A DNA stretch of 64,000 nt from Octopus vulgaris (taxonomy: Eukaryota): contig OX597815.1 of assembly GCA_951406725.2 (NCBI GenBank), forward strand, positions 119,908,001-119,972,000, read 5' to 3'. The translations under genes and the position numbers were made by a program. The notes beneath the pieces were generated by a model. The model ran no database searches. It was not told the origin of the DNA and saw only the letters and a program-made list of their open reading frames with translations. The number at the start of each line of letters is the position of its first letter. Position 1 is the first letter of the stretch. This document shows, in pieces, positions 1 through 12,661 of the stretch.

Positions 1-164
1 AAATTAATTTTGAATCTTTGTCTAATGATGAAAACATTATTTTAATTAGGTATCCATAATAGCTCATTATTCCTGCTTGTAATTTTCCTCTAAGTACTCA
101 TTATCTTCGTTTTTGGATTTGGTTTGCAAGGTTTGTTTATGTGAGTTCGTGTGTTGAAGCATAT

Positions 165-450
165 TTTGTTGTGTCTGGGGAGACACAACAGATTATGGGC
201 AGAATCATCCTCTATTAGTGCCTTATTCAACACACTCACTGGTAAAGTTTCCACTCATTTACTTATTTATTTTTCCTAAAATTTTCATTGTGTCATGCAG
301 CCTTTTCAATAGTTGTTGACTCTGTCCATTATCCGAGCTGCAACAAAGATTTTTGATATAAGAAATAAGTAAATGAGTGGAAACTTTACTAGTGAGTGGT
401 TAAATAATAAGGCACTAAAAGAGAATGACTCTCCTCAGACACAACACATT
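165..450. mobile_element. Foldback/MITE-like element with long inverted arms
   Basis: AGTGCCTTATT..CACTCACTGGTAAAGTTTCCACTCATTTACTTATTT (~217-268) is the near reverse complement of AAATAAGTAAATGAGTGGAAACTTTACTAGTGAGTG..AATAAGGCACT (~363-416); related partial copies at ~4535-4630 and ~28300-28350. Confidence 0.7.
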
Positions 451-544
451 ATCTTGTTTTTCTACAAGACTTGTCATTGGCGTTAACTTGTATCCAAGTC
501 GTAGATCTGTAGCTAGTGATTGAACGTTTTCATCTTGTTGGGTG

Positions 545-765
545 GGAAAGGTGCTTGTGCCTGAGGTGAATGCTCAGACCAAGAGCAATATAGAAGAGCT
601 GGGGACATTTCAAATTTCTCTTTGTGTCTTCGACATTTGATCTCTGCCTCTCGACATCTGTTATTTTCCATCCAGTTTGTTACTTTGTTGATGACATGCC
701 ACCACTTTGGGCAGTCTTTGGCAATTGTCTCCCAAGTATTTGGGGAAATGGAGCAGTGGAAGAGT
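545..765 (-). mobile_element. RTE (BovB-like) LINE ORF2 C-terminal fragment
   Basis: Minus strand reads WETIAKDCPKWWHVINKVTNWMENNRCREAEIKCRRHKEK...GLSIHLRHKH, the typical RTE C-terminal pattern. Confidence 0.6.
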
Positions 766-938
766 ATAGCTCTGAGCTGGGCTTGGAAACAGAATTTGGG
801 GACTCTACTAGACTAACTGGTGGTATAAAGGAAAACAAAGACATCATAACTATATTGGATGTGCAATGAGAACTTATTATTTCCTCAGTTCAAAATTCTC
901 TGTTACAATAACGGTCAATAATATATATGGTACTTATC

Positions 939-1160
939 AGGTGGCAAACTGGCAGAATCATTAGCACACCAGACAAAATGCTAAGTGGCATTTCTCCCAT
1001 CTTTATGTTCTGAGTTCAAATTCAGGCTGAAGTCGACTTTTGCCTTTCATCCTTTCAAGATCCATAAAATGAGTACCAGTTGAGCACTGGGGTCGATGTA
1101 ATTGATTTACTCCCTTCCTCTAAATTGCTGGCCTTGTGGCAAAATTTGAAATCAATATAT
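939..1160 (+). mobile_element. tRNA-derived SINE family A (Meta/MESC-like core)
   Basis: Head GGTGGCAAACTGGCAGAATCATTAG, B-box-like GAGTTCAAAT, core GCCTTTCATCCTTT..ATAAAATGAGTACCAG; many copies in window. Confidence 0.75.
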
Positions 1161-2748
1161 AAGGTACTCAATGAACTAATATTTATGTTCATTGGTTTAT
1201 TTGAAGTTGATATTTCAATCCATCATTAAATTATAATTAATTGGAATATTTGCTTGTTTCACTACTTTTTTGTAATTTCATTTTGATACATTTTCTTTTT
1301 GTGCTAATTATTTTTGATTTTTAAAAAAAAATACTTTTAGTTTTTAACTTTTGTGTTTCTCTCATAAACAAATATGGCTTTCTCTCACCAACTACATAGT
1401 TATCGTAGTTTCATGAATGCTTCCATATCAAATAAAAATGATATTTTAATAAATTTCATTGTCATCCTTCATTAATATTATAATTCATAATAGCTTTATG
1501 AATTATTTGATTGAGTGTTTTCACTTTGTTGGTTAACGTGTATTTCTGATGCTAAGCTAAACATCAACCCAAATTCTTGTCACTGAAATCCTACAAAAAA
1601 AAAAAAAAAAAAAAAAATGCATGACATTTGTCAAATCAGAAAACTTTATTCTTTGTAGCATAACTGTTTTACAGAGAATAACTATGTCAATTCAACAAAA
1701 ATGATTAAATCACTGACATAAAATAGTAACATTTGACAAAGCTATGTAAGGTTTCAATGTTAGGCTGCCCCAAATTGTTATTTAGATTCAGATTAGGTTC
1801 ACTTAACTCATGGGTGGAGAAACCCTTACCCACAGGTGCAATTGTGCCTGTTAGCACATTCTATTGCACCCATAGGCCAATATACTCATATGTACAAAAT
1901 ATAATAAATTTTTCAATTTTAAAATTTATACAATATTTGTATTCCTATTTGTGACACAGGTCACATTTCCACTACGACTTAAAACAATTAGACTTGAACA
2001 GAAATTGTCCAGTAATTGCTATTTGAATGGAAATTGCTAGGTTACAAACCCCCTTGAGACCCAATTACACTCTAGCTGAAAAATATAGAATACCGTATAA
2101 GTAATATATACATCCTAAATTCAGTGGCGGCATTAATGAAGATGTTATGCCTTAATTCAATGTGTTAAACTTATCTTTATTAATCTATACCAAATAATAC
2201 ACAGATATGTACAAGATTTACACAGATATAAGAGTTAGAACTTGTGGTCCACCCATAGACTTTTTTTGGGAAATTTTTGCCTGCCGCACTAAAAAGTTTC
2301 CCCACCTCTGACTTAACTAGATCTGTAATAATTTGGTGGACTTGGGCTATTGCAGCCATTTGAACCTGGCAACCAGTTTCTTCATTCATTTTTACCTATC
2401 TTCAGTATAAAAAAGTTCCTGGTGGTGGTGGGGGGACCCACCTCTTCTGTCTAAACCATAAATAAGTAAATAAATTCTTTTACTTGTTTACTTGTTTATT
2501 GGACTGTGGCCATGCTGGGGTGCCACCTTGAAGGACTTAAGCAATCAAATCAATCTAAGGACTTACTTTTTAAAAGTCTGGTTCATATTTCAACAGTTAC
2601 TTTTCAATGAACTTCTGGAGATGTGAATAGACAAACGTGGATTGACAGGTTGTGAGGAGCAAAGACAAATGCAAAAACACATGCACACACAATTGCATAT
2701 GCACATAGATATGCACATATGCACACACATATATCAATGATGTCATTG

Positions 2749-2850
2749 ACATCGTCGTCATCATCATCATCAGCAGCAGCAGCAGCAGCATCGTCATCCA
2801 CATCATAATCCTCATCATCATCATCATCCACATCATCATCATCGTCGTCG

Positions 2851-2890
<40 letters not shown>

Positions 2891-3080
2891 TATTTAACAG
2901 TCCATCTGCCATGCTGGCACAGGTTAGATGGTTTGACAGGTTCCGATGAGTCAGAGGACTGCCATACCCCAGTCTTCTACTTTATTATGGTTTCTACAGC
3001 TGGATGCCTTTCCTGATGCTAACCGCTCTACAGAGTGTACAGGGTACTTTTTTCATGGCATCAACACTAGTGAGGTCAAC
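2749..3080 (-). mobile_element. RTE LINE 3' UTR remnant with expanded (GAT)n tail
   Basis: CATCAT-TTTAAC..CCATGCTGGCA..TTTCTACAGCTGGATGCC matches the 3' end of the RTE at 35913-38025. Confidence 0.75.
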
Positions 3081-3089
3081 ATTAACTGA

Positions 3090-3610
3090 TACTCCATTGG
3101 TTAACAAACAATGAGTGTTCTAGTTGGACCGATCAGAAGAACAGCTTACTCAAGAAATTAACATGCAAGTGGCTGAGCACTCCACAGACATGAGTATCCT
3201 TAATGTTGTTTGCCTGTTTATCGAAAACATGTCTCTGAATTTTTATAATAGAGAGTTGGGCCTGCTCGGTGATTAATATTTAACAGCTATGGTATCTTAA
3301 CTATACTAAGGTAGCATAATAATTTGCTCAATTAGGGCTAGAATGAATGGTTTGATGAAAATTGTACTGTCTCTATTTTATTTATTTGAAATTAATTTTT
3401 GATGAAAAAAATGTTGTTCTCAGCGAGACACAGAATACGACAAGGCTGGCCCTTTGAAATACAGGTACTACTCATTTTTGACAGCTGAATGGACTGGGGC
3501 AATGTGAAATAAAGTGTCTTGCTTAAGACACAACACGTTGGCAAAAATTGAACTCATGGCCTTATGATTGGGAGTAGAATACCCTAACCACTATGCAATG
3601 TGCCTGAGGT
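3090..3610 (-). mobile_element. tRNA-derived SINE family C, interrupted by a NUMT
   Basis: Matches copies at 14735-15050 and 41535-41830 (CAAGGCTGGCCCTTTGAAATACAGGTAC..GCAATGTGAAATAAAGTGTCTTGC). Confidence 0.8.
3211..3409 (+). pseudogene. NUMT: mitochondrial 16S rRNA (rrnL) fragment
   Basis: Starts GCCTGTTTATCGAAAACAT (16Sar primer site is CGCCTGTTTATCAAAAACAT); contains GGCCTGCTCGGTGA, ACTAAGGTAGCATAAT, GGCTAGAATGAATGGTTTGA, ACTGTCTCT in rrnL order. Confidence 0.9.
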
Positions 3611-4247
3611 GAACAAGAAACTTGCACGACAAACAAGCCTCCTTTGATTGTGTGGGAGTAGAGTAAAAGTGGAGGAAGCTTTATGTTTGGTGTTGAGAGG
3701 CTAAAGTATTGTTATGAAGGAGTGTATAAAGTCAATCATCTGCAGCAAATGGAAAAAATATTTTAATAAATATAATTTTAAACGGTACTATTTGAAATCA
3801 AAATACTGTTCTCTAGTTCTACAAAAGAAAACAAATAATGGATCCATAATTACTTCTAATGGGAAATAATGTTCATTGATAAAATGACCAATTTAAAGCA
3901 TGGTGCATGGTTTTTTTTTTTTGCATGTTTTTACCATGAGGTGGATTATCAAAATTAGCAAAGGAACATGTGTGGTCATTCGGTGATGTGAACAGTTAAT
4001 GTGAAGCCAGGTGACAAAGAACTATGGTTGGTATGAACTTGAGCGACAAAGAATTACTTTACACAAGACAACCAGCCATATACAAGTACTTCTTCTGCAA
4101 GTTCTCTAAGCAGTTTCCCAGCTTGGCTGTTGGAGCCATGTTGGTGTCAGGAGATCACGTTTTAGAACAATATAAAAAATGGGATTGAAGCAGGTATATT
4201 ATTTGAGGGAGATGTGGCTGCTATTTTAAAGGCTTCAGAGTTATAAA

Positions 4248-4515
4248 TCATCATCATCGTCATCATCCTTTAACGTCTGCTTTCCATGCTATCATGGGTT
4301 GGACGATTTGACTGAGGACTGGCGAACCAGATGGCTGTGCCAGGCTCCAATCTGATCTGGCAGAGTTTCTACAGCTGGATACACCTCCTAACGCTAACCA
4401 CTCCAAGAGTGTAGTGTGTGCTTTTATGTGCCACTAGCATGAGGGCCAGTCAGACAGTACTGGCAATGACCTCGCTCGAATGTTTTGTTCACGTGCCAGT
4501 AAGGCAACGCTGATA
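4248..4515 (-). mobile_element. RTE LINE 3' UTR remnant
   Basis: Same 3' terminus and (CAT)n tail as the RTE at 35913. Confidence 0.8.
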
Positions 4516-5136
4516 TATATATATATATATCATTTTTGTATATGGTTTGCAAGATTCTTTATGTGAATTCGTGTGTTGAAGCATATTTTCTGGGGAGAGT
4601 CATTCTCTTCCAGTGCTTTATTACATAAACACGATGTTAGTGTATAATATATGATATATAACAGGTTGTAAACACAGTGATAGACATAAAGATAAACCAG
4701 TATGCCAACTGAGTACTAACAAAATTGGTCAACGAGGATGCCTCTACGTGGTAAACTGATTTGTTAGAAATAGCAACCAAATATTTCCCAAATCACATCC
4801 CCACCATCTTAAATAAGCATAAAGGAAATGTGTATCTAGGAAGATATGATATCATCCTGGACACATTATAACTTTCATTATAGGTTTGCTCACTCAGAGG
4901 TGGCTTGGGGCTAAACAACCTCAAAAACAATAACAGCAATAACACTGGATAAGACCTGGTAGTGGTATAACTGTCTGAAAAATCCAGTGGGATGAGATTG
5001 TCCAGTTAGATATGTTAAAATGTCATGGAAGATGAAATATTTTACCTGTGTCTACCAAAAAGCAAGAGTTGTAATATATTATGCCAAGAATATTGATTCA
5101 GAAATTGACTGTAACTCAGAGAACAGCTTAGACAGA

Positions 5137-5693
5137 GTATGTATGTATGTATGTATGTATGTATGTATGTATGTATGTATGTATGTATGTATGTATGTAT
5201 GTATGTATGTATGTATGTATGTATGTATGCATGTATGTCTGCATGTATGTACGTATGTATGTGTATATGTATGTATGTATATACATACATATGTATGTGT
5301 GTATGTGTATATGTATATATGTATATTTTGTATATGTATATATAAATATATATATATGTATGTATGTATGTATGTACATATGCACAATTTATTCATTCTG
5401 TTCAAGTATGGATTAGGTATACAGACAGAACGTTCCTCTAAGCAAGCATAATATTTGCAAGTAAACACAGAATAATAATAAATGTGCCTACATATACACA
5501 CATCTACAAACACACACACACACACATACACACACACATACACACATCTACACACACACATCTACACATCTACACACATTCATGTATGTATGTATCATTA
5601 TCATTTAACATCTGCTTTATATATATATACATATATATATTATGCATATATACATACATATATATACATACATACATACATATTTATGTATAC

Positions 5694-5741
<48 letters not shown>

Positions 5742-5804
5742 TAATACACACACACACATATATATTTATATATATATGTATGTGTGTACATATATATATA
5801 TATG

Positions 5805-5858
<54 letters not shown>

Positions 5859-6180
5859 TCATTTACTTACATTACGGGCCCACTTCTTTTCATCATTTAC
5901 ATTCCAACAACATCAGAGACTTGGGAGTAATTGAGCGATATCCACACCATTATCCTTCTCTTCTCCACTTTTGCCTGACCCCACCTTGAATACTGTTGTC
6001 CACTGTGGTCTCTGGGCCAATAATGGCCGAAACCTATCAAAGTATCAAAGTATCAAAGTATACATACGCACACACATACATACAGACATACATATACGTT
6101 TATATATATACAATCATTTGATCAAATTATGTATCTATATCTATATCTCTCTCTACATATATATATTTATATGCATACAT

Positions 6181-6213
<33 letters not shown>

Positions 6214-6460
6214 CACACACATATATATGCACATGCACACACACATATATACATATATATGTATGTGCATGTGAGTGTGTGTGTTGATGTGTGTCCATGT
6301 GTGCATGTGTACATGTGTGTGTGCATGCATGAGCATGTTAGTGTACATACACATATATTATATTGACAGGTAGTCAGTAACAGATCTCCTCACACACATA
6401 CACAAACACACACATACGTGCATACACACACACATACACATATATCTATATGTGCATTCA
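5137..6460. repeat. Compound microsatellite field (TATG)n/(CA)n/(TA)n
   Basis: Directly visible; explains the overlapping low-complexity ORFs. Confidence 0.95.
5905..6015 (+). mobile_element. CR1/L2-type LINE RT fragment, internally deleted
   Basis: NIRDLGVI and [17 protein letters not shown] motifs typical of the CR1-clade RT C-terminal region. Confidence 0.55.
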
Positions 6461-6671
6461 CAAGTGTTTGAGGACACATACATATTCATAACAAGAAACA
6501 TTACAATCCATTTTTCTTAATCAACGGTATGCCAGGCAGTTTTAACTCTGTCCTTCATATAACAGATGATATTAGAGAAAGTACATTTACAAATGCTCAG
6601 AGTCTGTACAACCCCAGTCTCAAAGTCAACCAATTCTATGTTGTCAAATTTACTAACTGTCATAAATGAAA

Positions 6672-7590
6672 GCACATGGCTTAGTGGTTAGGGTATTTGA
6701 CTCTTGGTTGTAAGATCATGTGTTCGATTTCCAACAGTGCATCATGTCCTCGGGTGAGACACTCTAGCTCATGTTAGCCCATTTAAAACTACCCCTGAAT
6801 CATTGGGCGATACGCTGTGCTTGAGAAGACATATTGTGTCAAGTAAAATCAAAATTGAAATCAAAATGCAAATCGTAGTTGTGGCCGATGCTAGTGCCGC
6901 CTGATTGGCACCCATGCCGGTGGCATGTAAGAAGCACTATTCAAGCGTGAATTAATCCCAGTACTGCCTAACTGACTTCTCATGTTGGTGGCATGTAAAA
7001 AGCACCATCCGGACGTGGTCGATGCCAGTGCCACATAAAAAGTACCTTCTGAATGTGGTCGATGCCAGTACCCCCTGTCTGGCTCCTGTGTTGGTGGCAC
7101 ATAAAAAGCATCATCTGAACGTGGTTGATGCCAGTACTGCCTGATTGGTTCCTGTGCCGGTGGCACATAAAACACACCCACTACACTCTCAGAGTGGTTG
7201 GTGTTAGGAAGGGCATCCAGCTGTAGAAACCTTGCCAGATCAGATTGGAGGCTGGTGAAGCCTCCTGGCTTGCCAGTCCTCAGTCAAACCGTTCATCCCA
7301 TGCCAGCATGGAAAATGAACATTAAACGATGACGATGACAATGACGATGATGATAATAATGATGATGATGATGATGCTCCAGTTCACTCAACTGGCAAAA
7401 ATGAGTAGTACCTGTATTTCAAAGGGCCGGCTTTGTCATATCTTGTGTTACACTGAATCTCCCTGAGAACTACATTAAGAGTATGTGTGTCAGTGGAATG
7501 CTCAGTCCCTTGCACATTGATTTCATGAACAGGTTGTTCCATTGATTGAATCAAAATGAACCCTCATTGCCATAAACGATGGAATGTCAG
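6672..7590 (+). mobile_element. SINE family C split by an RTE 3' insertion
   Basis: tRNA head GCACATGGCTTAGTGGTTAGG at 6672; body resumes at GCTCCAGTTCACTCAACTGG ~7376. Confidence 0.75.
6772..7376 (+). mobile_element. RTE LINE 3' end with tandem ~58-bp UTR repeats and (GAT)n tail
   Basis: GCTGTGCTTGAGAAGAC stop region, repeated GGTGGCAYRTAAAAAGCACC units, tail GATGATGAT. Confidence 0.8.
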
Positions 7591-7694
7591 TTAATTGTCA
7601 TGGTTCAGTAGATGAAGAAATCTGATGTTTCAGTCTAAGAACCACATCTTTTGTGATTTTACTATGTATGTTAGAGTCTTCATCTTTTATCTTC

Positions 7695-8065
7695 TACTTG
7701 TTTTACTCATAGATCTATGGCCATGCTGGAGCACTGTGTTGGTGGGTTTTACCTGAACAAATCAATCCCAATATTTACAATTTTTCTTAAGTCTGGTACT
7801 TATTTTATCAGTCTCTTTTGCTGAACTACTATGTTACAGGGATGTAAGCAAATCAACATTGATTGTCAAATGGTAAGGGCAGGAGTGACAAACATAGACA
7901 CGAAGGCACAAACACATGTTGACATATGACACACACACATCCATACGCACATATACGCATGCACACAGATATGTATAACAAGCTTTCACACAATTTCCAT
8001 CAATCAAATTCAATTAGTCAGCCCAGGGCAATGGTAGAAAATACTTGCCCAAGATGTCCTACATT
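7695..8065 (-). mobile_element. SINE family B (bipartite, internal microsatellite)
   Basis: Reverse complement of the copy at 12662-13085. Confidence 0.7.
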
Positions 8066-8444
8066 GTTTAGGCTAATATAATTTAATATGATGCAGGGAA
8101 TGGCTGGAGAAAATTCCAATATTTTTATATGTTAAATCAGTGGATGATAAGTTGGGTAACAGTATTGATTGCAAACTCAAATCAAGACAGCAACTGTCAG
8201 AATGATGCTATGGAAGAAACTGATGTTCAGAGGATCTGTGATTTTTCTCCGAAATAAAATATTTAAACTAGGTGCAATATAAATGTTTTATATACATTTT
8301 TTACAGTAAATAAATGGATGAGCAAAATAAATTAAAATAAGAAATTGTATTTGAGATTGAAATAAGAATAGAAAATTGTGTTGAATAGAATCCCTGAACA
8401 GAAACATGACTGATGATTAACCAAGGTCAATTATAATTCTTTCT

Positions 8445-9066
8445 TCTATAGACACAAGACCTGAAATTTGGTGGTGGTGGTTGGGTGCTAGTCAGTTACA
8501 TCAACCCCAGTGCTTGGCAGGTATTTATTTTATCAACCCTGAAAGGATGAAAGGCAAAGTCAACCTTAGCAGAATTTGAACTCAGCACTTAAATACAGGC
8601 AAAATGCCACAGCATTTTGTCCAGTGTACTAACATTTCTTTTCTACTTTAGGCACAAGGCCTGAAATTTTGGGTGAGTGGGGTCAGTTGATTAGATTGAC
8701 CCAGTATGCAACTGGTACTTAATTTATTGACTCCGAAAGGCTGAAAGTCAAAGTAGACCTCAGCGGAATTTGAACTCAGAATGTCAAAACAGATGAAATA
8801 CTGCTAAGCATTTTGCCCGGCGTGCTAACGTTTCTGCCAGCGCGCCACCTTAAAAATATTCATTTCTACTCTTGGCACAAAGCCCAAAATTTTTGGGGAG
8901 CAGGGTCAGTCAATTAGATTAATCCCAGTATGCAACTGGTACTTAATTTATTGACCCTGAAAGGCAAAGTCAACCTCAGCAGAATTTGAACTCAGAATGT
9001 GAAGACAGACAAAGTACCCTAAGCATTTCGCCCAGCGTGCTAACATTTCTGCCAGCTCACTGCCTT
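8445..9066 (-). mobile_element. Three head-to-tail copies of SINE family A
   Basis: Units ~8445-8636, 8637-8850 and 8862-9066, each with GCAAAGTCAACCTCAGC.GAATTTGAACTCAG or a close variant. Confidence 0.8.
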
Positions 9067-9849
9067 CAGGTCCAATATAAGGAAATTATAAGTTGTCAAC
9101 ATTTCTAAGAATTTCCACAAATATTTATTATAGAGAGCACTTGTCCGTATAAATATCTAAATAGCAACACCTACTGGATGGGATAGTAAAAGAAAATACG
9201 GATAATTAACTACTATGGATAATTAACTACTATGGATAATTAATTTCTCTTTGATTAAAATAACCTGCTGTTTTTGTGCTGATTTTCTTTTTCTTGCAAA
9301 ACATACAATGAAGGCATCTGAAAAACACCATTTAGTGAAAGTGGGTGGTGCTGAATAAGAAATGGTTGAGAACCACTATTTTAAATGATTATTTGTTTGA
9401 GCTTGAAGACCACAAATTATTCTAATATTTCTATACTTACTAATTAATTTGTTCTTTACTGCAGTGTTTTGTCCTTCGGTCTGGCACAACATAAATGGAG
9501 AAATAATTGCAAAATACCTGTTTGATGTGAAGAAAACTAATGCATGACTTCCTAGCAATGAATAGAGAAGAGTTACAATGTTATTTGTGTGGATTCTGTA
9601 ACAACTGTTTCATTTCTGTGATTCTCTTGAGAGGTTAATTATGTTAAGGAAATTCTCACCGTATTCCATTACCTATGATAGCAATTTATTTAAAATGGGA
9701 AATAGTTTCTTTCACTGTTTTGGCATAAAAGTCTTCTAAAAGGTAAAGGTAGTCAATGATTGAAATAACCTACCAAAAAAACTTTCTGAATATTTTCTTG
9801 TGCACAGAATAAAATAAATTGGAACAACGTTGGGGAAAAACAAAAAACA

Positions 9850-9880
<31 letters not shown>

Positions 9881-12661
9881 GCAAAACAAAAAAAAAAAAA
9901 TCAGCAACTTATTTCTATGAGATTCTGGATGTAGACATCTATAAGTCTTGGCCTGTCTTACTGAGAGCTGTTATAATTGGGAAAATAAAGTAATTTAGAA
10001 TCACTCCTATATTTTCCACCTTACCCCTCTACACATGGTATTTTACATCATCTGCACCATCAAACTTGTCCATCACTCACAATATTAACCCCTACTTCCA
10101 CCTATTTGCTCCCCACTCACACTCTTACGAAAGCATCCCCCTCTCCTGATTCACCATCCATATCCTCTCTTAATAGTCATCTCCTTGTTCTTTGGGAGTT
10201 GTTTACTCTAGTACCCCTCCACTACCTCCCTTTTATCTTCTCTATAGCAAGACATCTGTGCTTGTCCCTTCTATCATATTTTAGGTTTTCAACACCTGAC
10301 ATACTACTACCCACCTCCCTCCTTCTCCCAAACACTTCTTCTTAGCAGTGGGACCCTTTCCCTTTTCCTCTGTTTTTTTTTTCTATTTTGCATATTACAT
10401 GGCAACCTCACTTGTGCTGGTGCTACATAAAAAAGTACCCAGTACACTTTGTAAAGTGGTTAGCAATAGGAAGGGTATCTAGCCATAGAAACCATGCCAA
10501 AGAGGACACTGAAGCTTGATGCAGCTCTGAAGCTCACTGGCTCCCTGTCAAATCATTCTACCAGTGCCAGAATGGAAAGTAATAATTAAATGATGATGAT
10601 GAGGAGGAGGAGGAGGAGGAGGAGGAGAAGGAGGAGGAGGATTAGTGATAGTTGACTCAATGGTATGGGAGTAAAATACTTGTGAATTGAATCCATAATT
10701 TGGTTTTGATTTCTAGTTGATGTTCCATCAGTTAGGTTGTACAATCTCCTGGAAAAAGAATGAATATTCAAGAACTATACATTTTCTCTCTGTATAAACC
10801 CGAAATATCATATGTTGACAAAAGAGGGTTTGTTATAAGGTAGCTGTTGTGGCTTGGCAGTAAATTCTCTGAAACAAATCTGACAATTCAGTTTCAATAT
10901 TTGATTGTAACTGTATCAATCATATCTTTAATGCTCTTGGGAGAGACAAGATATGAAAAGTTTACAATGCTTTCTGCTAATCTATTGCAATGTAACTTTA
11001 TGTCAAATTAAGAAACAATTATTAATATGACTGACACATTCTGTAGAAAGAATTTCCTTGAAAATGCGATAGAATTCTTTGCTGGATGTTGACAAAAGAA
11101 TATCAAGACTGTATTCAATACATTTGCTGAAACACTTGTGTGTTGCCTGGGAAATACAAACTACTTCACTTCTGCATGCCTTTATATCACATAAGAAGAC
11201 ATTCAAGGAATACCTTGACGATTTTGGCAAGAATATAGCTCTGGCAGTTCCAAGGAACCAATTGTTGTTGCTGACTATTAAAGAAAATAATTTAATAATT
11301 TTCCATAATGTTATTATTCCAAATAAAATTTTCAATATAATTTCTGAAAATGCATCTGTTTTGCCTTTTCATTTCCATCTTCTAGGAAGACCTGTAGTGC
11401 CATCATAGAATGTTTCCTGAAAATTATATTTCTGTGATAAATAAAACTAAAGTATAGACACATTTAGCATAGGTGCAGGTGTTGCTGTTTTGTAAGAAGT
11501 TTGCTTTCCTACCTCATGGTTCTGGGTTCAGTCCCACTGCATGGCATCTTGTGCAAGTATCTTCTACTATAGCCTCAGGTCAATCAAAGCCTTGTGAGTG
11601 GATTTAGTAGATGAAAACTGAAAGAAGCTTGTGTTGTATATACCACACACACATTTGGCCATCTGTAGGATTGTGTTGAACTCCAGTGTCTTCTTTGGCA
11701 TGGTTTGTATGACTGGATATCTTACCTAGTACTAACCGCTTTGCCAAGTGTAGTGGGCACTTTTTCATGAAACCACCACTAGTGAGCTCACCTTGAAACT
11801 TGCATGACTTAAGGGCCTCTTTATGTCCTTATTACAGAAGGAGAATAGAAGAGATATAGATGGAGGGAGAGAGATAGATAGATAGAAAGAGAGAGAGAGA
11901 GAGAGAGAGAGAGTGATGTTTTTGGCAAGGTGATGAGAAACTGTGATAATCCATCCAACCCATGTCAGCATGGACAGCAAATGTAAAATGATGACGACAA
12001 TGATGATGATAGTGGTGAGATGGATGATGACAATGGACGACAATGATGATGATGATGATGAAGATGATATTGTGTATATTTACATCCATCCTTGCTTACA
12101 GGGATCAAAACTTACATGCAAGTCTATGCCAATACCAATATATATTTACAGTTTGACACTTCTATTGGACAGATGTGTATTATTTTGATGCAGGTGCATT
12201 TAAATTAAAGAATTCCCCCATCTCTCTCTCCCTATATCTATTTATGAATATATGTGCATATGTGTGTATAAGCTCAGGTGTGACTATGTGGTGAAAAGCT
12301 TGCTGCCCAACCACATTGTTCTGGGTTCAGTCCTATTGCATAGCACCTTGTGCAAGTGTCTTCTACTATAGCCTTGGGCTGGCTAAAGCCTTGTGAGTGG
12401 ATTTGGTAGACAGAAACTGAAAGAAGCTTGTCAGTGCACATAAAAAGCACCATCAAAACGTGGTTGGTGCCAGTGCCCCCTGACTGGCTCCCATGCCAAT
12501 GGCATGTAAAAAGTACCCACTACATTCTTTGAGTGGCTGGCATTAGGAAGGGCATCCAGCTGTAGAAACCTTGCTAGATCAGATTGGAGCCTGCTGCAGT
12601 CTGGCTTGCCAGTCCTCAGTCAAACCATCCAACCTATGATAGCATGGAAAGCGGATGTTAT

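Noticed and set aside
2180-2389. 69-aa ORF overlapping a hAT-like terminus CAGAGGTGGGGAAACT
   Set aside because: No partner terminus found and no protein similarity recognised
3211-3409. Functional rRNA gene
   Set aside because: Only 200 bp, with substitutions in conserved motifs, embedded in a nuclear SINE
6012-6050. GGCC-AATAAT-GGCC-GAAAC hammerhead-like half
   Set aside because: No CUGANGA box or stem I; upstream sequence is a CR1 fragment
5020-6366. Many overlapping ORFs (YVCM, IYIY, HTHT repeats)
   Set aside because: Stop-free translations of microsatellites; the same applies to similar ORFs throughout the window
11003-11408. Two antiparallel ~110-aa ORFs
   Set aside because: No recognisable domain, non-ATG starts, consistent with chance ORFs in UTR-like sequence
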